A stretch of DNA of 32,000 nt from Candidatus Methanophagaceae archaeon (GTDB taxonomy: Archaea > Halobacteriota > Syntropharchaeia > Alkanophagales > Methanospirareceae), in contig PQXB01000001.1 in the NCBI GenBank assembly GCA_003194425.1, positions 1 through 32,000 on the forward strand, given 5' to 3'. The notes under the pieces were generated by a model, which was not told the DNA's origin, made no database searches, and saw only the letters and a list, made by a program, of their open reading frames with translations. Each line of letters begins with the position of its first letter. The first letter of the stretch is position 1. Shown piece by piece: positions 16,658-24,167 of this stretch. A program made the translations under genes and the position numbers.

Positions 16658-17521
16658 TTATTTTAGTTCCTGTGAGTCTTTCACGCCACTGCCGGTAATG
16701 AAAAACTCGCAAGAAGTGTCCTCCGGCATCGAGCGGTGCTTCCTCAGTGTCGCCCGTCTTTTACCTCGCCCCTCCACCGCCTTCTCGAGCTGCACAATCA
16801 CTTTAGAGAGGTGCTCAAGCGAGTAGCCACCAGCGGGTCGTAAATTCCCGTTTCCGACATCAAAATAGACCTGATTCGTGATTAGGACTGCGAGGTCGTG
16901 CTTGCGGGCGATTTCAAGGAGTTGCATTATTTGGTTCGCCAAAACCCGCCGCAGATAAATGCTCCGCTCGTCGTCCAACTCCAACCTGTAGAAGAGCGTG
17001 GCAGAGTCAAGAACCACGAGTGCAACTCGGCTCTCCTCCCCCCGCTTCTCCTTTACCACCGTCTCAATCTCGTTTATGCAGGAGGTCTGCTGCTCAAAAC
17101 TGTGCGGCTCGTAAATTATAATTCTTCGTGCTGCCTCTTCTACATTTTCTACACCTCCTCCTTTCTCTCTCCCTTCTTCTCTCCCTTTCTCTCTCCCTTC
17201 TTTTCTCCCTTCCTCTCTCCCTTCTTCTCTCCCTTCCTCTCTCCCTTCTTCTCTCCCTTCCTCTCTCCCTGCGTCCTCGTTCGTGCTTGAACAACAGGCA
17301 CTGGCGATCTGCAGGAATCGCTCGGGCGAGAAGCCCTCGCTGTCGATAAAAATCACGCTCCTGCCTGCTTTCGCGCATTTTACCGCTGCCTGCAGGCAGA
17401 GGTTCGTCTTTCCGCTGCCTGCCTCGCCGTACAACTGCGTTACGGCGCCGGACTCGAAGCCACCGCCCAGCAGTCTGTCTACGCTCCTGCAGCCGCTGCT
17501 GTATTTCGTGGGAAGTTGCAT
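16658..17521 (-). CDS. radB: RadB recombinase paralog with a roughly 50-aa (EGRE)n insert
   Basis: 287 aa. VDRLLGGGFESGAVTQLYGEAGSGKTNLCLQ (Walker A) and ALVVLDS (Walker B) are present. The insert is AGREEGREEGREEGREEGREEGRKEGREKGREEGREKGGG. Confidence 0.85.
   Translation of the reverse strand: MQLPTKYSSGCRSVDRLLGGGFESGAVTQLYGEAGSGKTNLCLQAAVKCAKAGRSVIFIDSEGFSPERFLQIASACCSSTNEDAGREEGREEGREEGREEGREEGRKEGREKGREEGREKGGGVENVEEAARRIIIYEPHSFEQQTSCINEIETVVKEKRGEESRVALVVLDSATLFYRLELDDERSIYLRRVLANQIMQLLEIARKHDLAVLITNQVYFDVGNGNLRPAGGYSLEHLSKVIVQLEKAVEGRGKRRATLRKHRSMPEDTSCEFFITGSGVKDSQELK
17154..17270. repeat. 117-nt uninterrupted homopyrimidine tract (+ strand) with 12/24-nt periodicity inside radB
   Basis: There is no a or g between 17154 and 17270. 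A perfect 24-mer, ctctcccttcttctctcccttcct, occurs at 17215-17238 and again at 17239-17262. Confidence 0.9.
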
Positions 17522-17559
17522 TTGAACTTTTCTTTAAAGAAAGGTTTCATCAAAAAAAT

Positions 17560-18834
17560 TCACAAAATCACAAGCATCGCAAACAAGAGGCAGAGCACGC
17601 CCACCGCGTCTGTTAGGCTTGTTATCAGCGGAATTGTGTCGTTGTCCGGGTCCAGCCCGAACCGAAAGGAGAGAACCGCGATGTAGTAGGCGGCGAGGTT
17701 AAGAAAAGTCGTGCACAAAAGACCTCCCAGCAGCGAAACCAAGAGCAGCTCAAACAGCCCTGGCGCCGCCGCGTTTTGTGCTGCAGTAAGGTGGCTCGCA
17801 AAATACGACAAGACGCCGACGAGCGAGAAGATGAAGACCGAGAAGAGGTAAATTACAGCGAAGTTCGCAGAGACGACCTTCTCGGGAAACGGCTTTGGTC
17901 TGATCGTTCCGATGTGAAGCATCGAGGAGAGGCGGGCACTCAAAATACCGCCCAACGCGTTGCTCTCGCCCAAAAACGGCGGAACAAGCACCAAAACCGC
18001 AGGAACCGCGATTAAACTCGGCAGCCTACTGTCCAGCGTCAGCCCTGCGAGCGTGCTGAGAAGACTGCAGACGAAGAGCATTGGAATGCTCTCTGCAAGA
18101 ACCCGCCGCACCGTTGCGTCGTTCGACCACCACACCCCCTTCACTGCACAAAAGACGGCAGCAAGGAGAAACAAAATTGAAGACGCCGTTACAAACCCAG
18201 CAGGCGTTCCTCGCAGCAGAACGGCAGCCAAGAAGAGCGACGGAATTGTAATCACATCGCCCGCGGAAGTAATTATCGGCGACGACACGTTGTCCAAATC
18301 CCAGCCTCTTCGGTACCCGACGACGGAAACGAGAATTGCGACGCCGAGCAGATTACACCCTGAGATTAGACCCGCGATCACCGAGACTAAAATGAACCCG
18401 CAGACCGAAATGCTCGGCACTCCAAACGCCCCTGCCACCACTCTCGCAAGCACGCCTAAAACAACCGAGAGAACGAGGGTCAGCAGCAGCGAGACGTAAG
18501 CGTTTTGGTAGAGCACGCCACCCTTCTTCAAGGACGGGGAGAAGAGCCCGAGGTGCATTGAAGTCCCGAGCCGAGAGACGAAGGCGCTGTAAATATTGCC
18601 TCGCATCGCAATCGCAGGCGGAATGAGAATCATTAGACCGGGAAGCAGCTGCAACAGGTCGGTCATCAAACTCAACCCCACTCCTGCCAGAAGCCCTGAA
18701 AAAGAGCAGAACAGCAGCGAAAACGGCGCCTGTCTAAACAGGTCCGAGAAGTCGTGAAAAAAGAGGAGAGCAGCCCTTAGGGTAAGAAATGTGGGCAAGG
18801 CTTTCTTTCGCTTTTGCGCTCTCTCCCGTCCCAT
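17560..18834 (-). CDS. Divalent-cation (Mg2+) transporter, MgtE/SLC41-like membrane domain duplicated
   Basis: 424 aa and polytopic. There are two homologous halves: LLPGLMILIPPAIAMRGNIYSAFVSRLGTSMHLG and LIAVPAVLVLVPPFLGESNALGGILSARLSSMLHIG. The start is uncertain, because a TATA-like tataaaaa abuts the ATG and an internal TTG at 18798 is an alternative. Confidence 0.75.
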   Translation of the reverse strand: MGRERAQKRKKALPTFLTLRAALLFFHDFSDLFRQAPFSLLFCSFSGLLAGVGLSLMTDLLQLLPGLMILIPPAIAMRGNIYSAFVSRLGTSMHLGLFSPSLKKGGVLYQNAYVSLLLTLVLSVVLGVLARVVAGAFGVPSISVCGFILVSVIAGLISGCNLLGVAILVSVVGYRRGWDLDNVSSPIITSAGDVITIPSLFLAAVLLRGTPAGFVTASSILFLLAAVFCAVKGVWWSNDATVRRVLAESIPMLFVCSLLSTLAGLTLDSRLPSLIAVPAVLVLVPPFLGESNALGGILSARLSSMLHIGTIRPKPFPEKVVSANFAVIYLFSVFIFSLVGVLSYFASHLTAAQNAAAPGLFELLLVSLLGGLLCTTFLNLAAYYIAVLSFRFGLDPDNDTIPLITSLTDAVGVLCLLFAMLVIL

Positions 18835-18841
18835 TTTTATA

Positions 18842-18930
18842 CCCTCCTCTGTTCTCCCTTCTTCTCTCTACTCTACTCCCTTCTCTACTCTCTACACTCT
18901 CCCTTTCTCTGCCCCCTCCTCTGCCTCCAC
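18842..18930. repeat. Intergenic polypyrimidine (+ strand) tract
   Basis: Only 9 of 89 positions are purines. CT-rich motifs (ctctact, cttctct) recur. It lies immediately upstream of the minus-strand MgtE-like gene. Confidence 0.8.
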
Positions 18931-19037
18931 CGTCGTTCAAACGATCCGGAGGCTTCTGTTCTGCTTCGCTTTCGTTTTCTTGCACTCTCATTCTCTCGCT
19001 ATTCATTCTTTTTTTAGCAGTCTTTTATAAAAACAGA

Positions 19038-19343
19038 ATGTCGTCAAAAGAAGAGAAAAAAGACAAACAGGAGGCAGAGGAGAGACTGAAGGAGGCACGG
19101 CGGAGAATTGACGAAATAGATGATGTCATTGCAGATTTACTCTACAAGAGAATGCAGTGTGCGAGGCAGGCGAAGGCTGCGAAATCGCTGATGAATAGGA
19201 AGGTTGTGGACGAGCGAAGGGAAGAAGAGGTGGTGAAGAAGTGGCGTGCGCGTGCGAGAAGGGGTAGCTTAAGCGAGGAGATGCTGGAGAAGTTGGCTGA
19301 ACTCATAATTAAATACACGCTTAAGACAGAGATGGAAGAATAA
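19038..19343 (+). CDS. Chorismate mutase, AroQ class (stand-alone)
   Basis: ATG at 19038, 101 aa. LKEARRRIDEIDDVIADLLYKRMQCARQAKAAK...VVDERREEEV fits the AroQ helical pattern. The 5' extension in the track (from 18789) is translation of the CT-rich tract. Confidence 0.7.
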   Translation: MSSKEEKKDKQEAEERLKEARRRIDEIDDVIADLLYKRMQCARQAKAAKSLMNRKVVDERREEEVVKKWRARARRGSLSEEMLEKLAELIIKYTLKTEMEE

Positions 19344-19384
19344 GTGAAAAGGTAAAAGAGAGTGAAAAGGTAAAAGAGCGAAAA

Positions 19385-19873
19385 TTGAGAGCTTTTAGGA
19401 TTAGAACGACGAAGGGGCTCGCGATAAAAATACGGAATTTCGGAGTGCCGGACATCAGGAGAGTTGTAGAAATAGAGGAGAACTCGTCGTTGGACGGGGA
19501 CGCGGGGTTGTATTTGGAGGTGTACGAAGAATGGCAGGAGGGATTCTTGGTTGCTGAGAGGGAGAAGGAGGGGAAAGAAAAAGAAGAGGTGATTGGATTT
19601 ATAGTTTTGGTGCTAACGCCAGAGGGGGAGGGTCGAGTCTTTGCGATCGCGGTTGATTCGAGGTACCGCGGGAAGGGTGTGGGCAGGGCGTTGTTGAAAG
19701 CGGGTTTTAGCGTGCTGCGGAAACGGAAGATTGGGTTCGTTGAGTTGGAGGTGCGTGTGAGCAATGTCGTGGCACAGCGGTTGTACAGCAGTCTGGGGTT
19801 TCTAGAGGTCGGGTTCGTCCCACTCTACTACAAAGACGGAGAGAGTGCGATTTTTATGAGGAAGGTTTTATGA
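19385..19873 (+). CDS. GNAT N-acetyltransferase (RimI-like)
   Basis: 162 aa. The acetyl-CoA motif is VFAIAVDSRYRGKGVGRALL, and VELEVRVSNVVAQRLYSSLGF is present. The TTG start is uncertain. Confidence 0.7.
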   Translation: MRAFRIRTTKGLAIKIRNFGVPDIRRVVEIEENSSLDGDAGLYLEVYEEWQEGFLVAEREKEGKEKEEVIGFIVLVLTPEGEGRVFAIAVDSRYRGKGVGRALLKAGFSVLRKRKIGFVELEVRVSNVVAQRLYSSLGFLEVGFVPLYYKDGESAIFMRKVL

Positions 19874-19913
19874 GTGGCGGAACGGCTGCAGCAAAACAAA
19901 AATTCCGACAGTC

Positions 19914-19945
19914 TCCGCTCTGACTTTTCTAAAGAGCGGATTTTT
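19914..19945 (+). terminator. 8-bp hairpin followed by T5
   Basis: tccgctct (19914-19921) pairs with agagcgga (19933-19940) across an 11-nt loop, followed by ttttt (19941-19945). It lies 41 nt after the GNAT stop. Confidence 0.35.
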
Positions 19946-19979
19946 GGCACCTCCTTCTCCTTTTCGATCAAATCACTTC

Positions 19980-20219
19980 TCATTCTATAAAACCCCCTTC
20001 TCCCTCCTTACCCTCTTTTTCTGTCCAGTACGAAACCGCCCCTTCCCGCATTTTCAAGTCAAGAAAATCCTTCCGCAGCAATTTCGCTACCAACCCGTAA
20101 ACCGTGAAGACCGTGTAAAACATAAGACCAAGCAGCAATTTGGTGTTGTAGTATCCAATAATTTTGCCCACCCGCAGCCATTTCTGCCAGACCCTTTTGA
20201 AGAACGATTTTAGATCCAT
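19980..20219 (-). CDS. Small membrane protein, SxtJ-like (tentative)
   Basis: 79 aa. WQKWLRVGKIIGYYNTKLLLGLMFYTVFTVYGLVAKLLRKDFLDLK....SYW resembles, from memory, the C-terminal half of the SxtJ family. It has one clear hydrophobic helix. It is divergent from carB. Confidence 0.45.
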   Translation of the reverse strand: MDLKSFFKRVWQKWLRVGKIIGYYNTKLLLGLMFYTVFTVYGLVAKLLRKDFLDLKMREGAVSYWTEKEGKEGEGGFIE

Positions 20220-20267
20220 TGTTTATAACACTACATTTTACATCTATATAAATATTTAAGTGCTAAA

Positions 20268-23200
20268 ATGCCAAGAGCAGAAGATGTCAAGAAGGTGCTG
20301 GTAGTCGGGTCGGGTCCGATTCAAATAGGGCAGGCGGCGGAGTTCGACTTCTCGGGCTCGCAGGCGTGCCGTGCGTTGCGGGAAGAGGGAGTGGAGGTGG
20401 TGCTCGTGAATTCCAACCCTGCGACGATAATGACCGATTTTGAGATGGCGGATGTGATTTACATCGAGCCGCTGGTTGCGGATGTGTTGGCGAAGATCGT
20501 GGAGAAGGAGCGACCAGAGGGTATTTTGGCGGGCTTGGGCGGGCAGACGGCACTGAACCTGACCGCGGAGCTGGCAGAGCGGGGCGTGTTGTCAGGCTGT
20601 GGCGTAAAAGTTCTCGGTACGCCTTTAGAAGCCATTTACGACGCCGAAGACCGCGAGCGGTTCAAACAGACGATGAAAAGGATAAACGAGCCGATTCCGC
20701 GGGGCGTTACTGTCAATTCGGTAGCAGAGGCGGAGGTGGCTGCGGCGGAACTGGGACTGCCACTCGTCGTCCGACCTTCTTACACGCTGGGCGGCACGGG
20801 AGGGGGAATTGCGCGGACGCTGGAGGAGTTGCGTGAGACGGTGGCTTACGGGCTGCAAATGTCACGGATTCATCAGGTCTTGGTCGAGGAGAGCGTGCTC
20901 GGGTGGAAGGAAATTGAGTACGAGGTGATGCGGGACGCGAACGACACCTGCATCACGATTTGCAATATGGAGAACCTCGACCCAATGGGAATTCACACTG
21001 GCGAGTCCGTCGTGGTCACGCCGTCGCAGACATTGACCGACGAGGAGCACCAAATGCTGCGGTCCGCGGCGATAAAAATAATTCGTGCGCTGAAGGTTGA
21101 GGGCGGCTGTAATGTTCAGTTCGCACTGCGGAACGGGGAGTACAGAGTAATTGAAGTGAACCCGCGTGTCTCGAGGTCGTCGGCGCTCGCGTCGAAGGCG
21201 ACGGGCTACCCGATTGCGCGGGTCGCGGCGAAGATCGCGATTGGGCTGCATTTGGACGAGATCCAGAACAATGTGACTGCGGAGACGCCTGCGTCTTTTG
21301 AGCCTGCGATTGATTATGTTGTGGTAAAGATTCCGCGGTGGCCGTTTGACAAGTTCCCGAGCGCGGACAGGACGCTGACGACCGCGATGAAGAGCACGGG
21401 CGAGGTGATGGCGATCGGGCGGAGTTTTGAGGAAGCGCTGCAGAAGGCTCTTCGCTCTCTTGACCTTGACGCAGACAAGGGATTTGGTGCGGGGTGGGGG
21501 AGTGAAAGTGAGCCGGGGTGTGGCAGTGAGCCGGGGTGTGGCAGTGAGCCGGGGTGTGGCAGTGAGCCGGGGTGTGGCAGTGAGCCGGGGTGTGGCAGTG
21601 AACGAGAGAAAAGGTCGGAAGCGGAGTTGAGGTGGCTTTTAGAAACGCCGACCGACGAGCGGATTTTTGCGATTTACGAGGCTTTGAAACGGAAACAAGA
21701 ACAGGAACAAGGACAGGGGTTTAGCGTTGAGGAGGTTGCGGAGCTGAGTGGCATCGACAAGTTTTTCATAAAGAAAATTGCGAAGATTGTGGAGTTGGAG
21801 GGGAAGTTAAAAGAGAAAGGGAGAGAGAGAGAAAAAGAGAGAGAGAACAGGGATCTGGAGGGGAATTTGAGGGAGGCGAAGCGGTTGGGGTTCAGCGACG
21901 AGCGAATTGGTGCGCTGACTGGGCGAAGCCGAGAGGAGGTGAGCGACATAAGAAGGAGAGCGGGCGTTCTTCCGACTTACAAAATGGTCGACACCTGCGC
22001 GGCGGAGTTCGAGGCGAAGACGCCCTACTTCTACTCCTGCTACGAGACGGAGTGCGAACTGAAGCCGTCGCAGTCGAGACGGAAAAAGATCCTGATCGTC
22101 GGTGCGGGTCCGATTCGGATTGGGCAGGGAATCGAGTTCGACTACTGCACCGTGCACGCGGTCAAGGCGCTAAAGGAGGAGGGAATCGAGGCACACATCA
22201 TAAACAACAACCCCGAGACCGTTTCCACAGACTACGACACCTCGGACAAGCTCTTCTTTGAGCCGCTGACGCTTGAGGATGTAGTGAATGTGGTGGAGAA
22301 AGAGGGCTACGACGGCGTGATGCTGCAGTTCGGCGGTCAGACCTCTGTGAATTTGGCGGTACCGCTGAAGCGCGAACTTGAGCGGCTGGGGTTGGGGAGG
22401 GGGGAGGCGAAGATGAAAACGAAGACCGTGATTCTGGGGACAGACCCCGAGAAAATAGATGTCGCAGAGGACAGGGAGCGGTTCAGCAAGTTCCTCCGCC
22501 GTCTCGGAATTCCGCAGGCTGACAGCGGCTACGCAACTTCGGCAGCGGAAGCGAGGGAAGTAGCCGAGCGGATTGGGTTTCCTGTGCTTGTCCGCCCTTC
22601 TTACGTGCTGGGCGGGCGGGCGATGGAAATCGTGCACGACGAGGACGAACTGGCGAGGTACATTCGAGAGGCGGTGCGGGTCTCGAAGGAGAAGCCGGTG
22701 CTGATTGACAGGTTCTTGGAGAAAGCGACTGAAATCGATGTGGACGCAGTCTGCGACGGCGAGGAGGTTCTAATCGGCGCGGTGATGGAGCATATTGAGG
22801 AGGCGGGCGTTCATTCCGGCGACTCTGCCTGCGTTATTCCACCACAGTCGTTGTCCGCGGAGGTCTTGGCGACGGTGCGGGACTACGTGCGGCGAATCGC
22901 AGTAGGGTTGGAGATAAAAGGGCTGCTCAACATTCAAATGGCTGCCAAAGACGGCGTGGTCTTCGTGCTTGAGGTGAACCCGCGGTCGAGCAGGACAATT
23001 CCGTTCGTTGCGAAAGCGACAGGAATTCCGCTTGCGAAGCTCGCGGCGAAAGTGATGCTCGGGCACAAACTGCAGGAGTTGGGTTCGGCAGTGCAGGAGT
23101 TGGGTTCGGCAGTGCAGGAGTTGGGTTCGGCAGTGCAGGAGTTGGGTTCGGCAGGCGCGAGCGTCGGCGTTAAGGGCAAAGAACGCGAGCCGGGGCAAGG

Positions 23201-23789
23201 GCATGTCGCGGTGAAGGAGGTCGTGCTGCCGTTCTTGAAGTTGAAGGGCGTTGACACGATTTTGGGTCCCGAGATGAAGAGCACGGGCGAGGTGATGGGA
23301 ATAGACGACGACTTCGGTAAGGCGTTCTTCAAGTCCGAACTCGCGGCTTACAACCCCCTGCCTCTCGATTCGGGCAGCACGGTCTTTATTTCGGTCTGCG
23401 AGGCAGACAAAGAGGGAGTGGTGGAAGTTGCACGGAAGTTGAAGGAGGCGGGACTGTCTGTTGTCGGCACAGAGGGGACTGTGGAATGTCTGCGGCGGTG
23501 CGGGATTGCCGCTCAGAGCCTGAGGAAGTTGCACGAGGAGCACGAGGGGGTGCCGAATGTTGTAGAAATGATGCGGTTGCGGGAGGTGAAATTAGTGATA
23601 AACACACCCACAGACAAGCAGTCCTACAAGGACGGCTACCAGATTCGACGGGCTTGCATTGACCTCGGAATCCCGTACATCACGACGATGCAGGCGGCGA
23701 GCGCGGCTGCGGACGCGATATTGGGCGTGAAAACATTCGGACGGAGGGGAGGGGTTGAGGTGAAGTCAGTGAACGAGTATTTCAAATAA
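20268..23789 (+). CDS. carB: Carbamoyl-phosphate synthase large subunit (fused, full length)
   Basis: 1173 aa. It has two ATP-grasp halves (VLVVGSGPIQIGQAAEFDFSG and ILIVGAGPIRIGQGIEFDYC). VDTCAAEF, LGPEMKSTGEVMG and an MGS-like C-terminus are present. No carA is adjacent. Confidence 0.95.
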   Translation: MPRAEDVKKVLVVGSGPIQIGQAAEFDFSGSQACRALREEGVEVVLVNSNPATIMTDFEMADVIYIEPLVADVLAKIVEKERPEGILAGLGGQTALNLTAELAERGVLSGCGVKVLGTPLEAIYDAEDRERFKQTMKRINEPIPRGVTVNSVAEAEVAAAELGLPLVVRPSYTLGGTGGGIARTLEELRETVAYGLQMSRIHQVLVEESVLGWKEIEYEVMRDANDTCITICNMENLDPMGIHTGESVVVTPSQTLTDEEHQMLRSAAIKIIRALKVEGGCNVQFALRNGEYRVIEVNPRVSRSSALASKATGYPIARVAAKIAIGLHLDEIQNNVTAETPASFEPAIDYVVVKIPRWPFDKFPSADRTLTTAMKSTGEVMAIGRSFEEALQKALRSLDLDADKGFGAGWGSESEPGCGSEPGCGSEPGCGSEPGCGSEPGCGSEREKRSEAELRWLLETPTDERIFAIYEALKRKQEQEQGQGFSVEEVAELSGIDKFFIKKIAKIVELEGKLKEKGREREKERENRDLEGNLREAKRLGFSDERIGALTGRSREEVSDIRRRAGVLPTYKMVDTCAAEFEAKTPYFYSCYETECELKPSQSRRKKILIVGAGPIRIGQGIEFDYCTVHAVKALKEEGIEAHIINNNPETVSTDYDTSDKLFFEPLTLEDVVNVVEKEGYDGVMLQFGGQTSVNLAVPLKRELERLGLGRGEAKMKTKTVILGTDPEKIDVAEDRERFSKFLRRLGIPQADSGYATSAAEAREVAERIGFPVLVRPSYVLGGRAMEIVHDEDELARYIREAVRVSKEKPVLIDRFLEKATEIDVDAVCDGEEVLIGAVMEHIEEAGVHSGDSACVIPPQSLSAEVLATVRDYVRRIAVGLEIKGLLNIQMAAKDGVVFVLEVNPRSSRTIPFVAKATGIPLAKLAAKVMLGHKLQELGSAVQELGSAVQELGSAVQELGSAGASVGVKGKEREPGQGHVAVKEVVLPFLKLKGVDTILGPEMKSTGEVMGIDDDFGKAFFKSELAAYNPLPLDSGSTVFISVCEADKEGVVEVARKLKEAGLSVVGTEGTVECLRRCGIAAQSLRKLHEEHEGVPNVVEMMRLREVKLVINTPTDKQSYKDGYQIRRACIDLGIPYITTMQAASAAADAILGVKTFGRRGGVEVKSVNEYFK
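21507..21596. repeat. In-frame perfect tandem repeat 5 x 18 nt (agtgagccggggtgtggc = SEPGCG) in the carB oligomerisation domain
   Basis: Five identical 18-mers start at 21507, 21525, 21543, 21561 and 21579. Confidence 0.95.
23071..23154. repeat. In-frame perfect tandem repeat 4 x 21 nt (tgcaggagttgggttcggcag = QELGSAV) in carB
   Basis: Four identical 21-mers start at 23071, 23092, 23113 and 23134. Confidence 0.95.
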
Positions 23790-24135
23790 AAAAAATTGGT
23801 TTGTCTAAAAATTAATAAATCAGCACAGTTTACGGAGAAGGATTTAGAGGAAGATATCAATGCGGCGTTAAAGGAGTAATGTATGCCCGTTTCAAATGCT
23901 TCGCCTTTTAATATACCTTGCAAAATTAGGATTTTTGACTTTGTTTGTTGAGACGTCTCTGCCAGCAGCAAATTGTTGCAGGTAAAAAGGAACGCCACCA
24001 GTTTCAAGTCCAGGACTGTCTCGTCACCAAGTGCGTCGTAAACGCTTGCTATAAATTGCCCTACTTGCTCGTTAATGGCTATTTTTGACGAAAGGGAATA
24101 GACGTGCTCTTTCCCAGCGAAAAGTTTTTCACCAG

Positions 24136-24145
24136 TTTTTTATGA
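24136..24145 (+). promoter_or_regulatory. TATA-like box upstream of mutS
   Basis: ttttttatga is centred about 27 nt upstream of the ATG at 24168. That spacing is consistent with a leaderless or short-leader archaeal transcript. Confidence 0.3.
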
Positions 24146-24167
24146 GGTTCTACCCATTTACCCATTA

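Noticed and set aside
18734-19006. 90-aa minus-strand ORF (E/G/R-rich) upstream of the MgtE-like gene
   Set aside because: It is a translation of the polypyrimidine/polypurine tract. It is in a different frame from the transporter and shows no domain-like sequence.
21507-23154. Regularly spaced identical repeats in carB that could superficially suggest CRISPR arrays
   Set aside because: The units are directly adjacent with no spacers. They are only 18 or 21 nt long, lie in frame inside a continuous carB ORF, and no cas genes are present.
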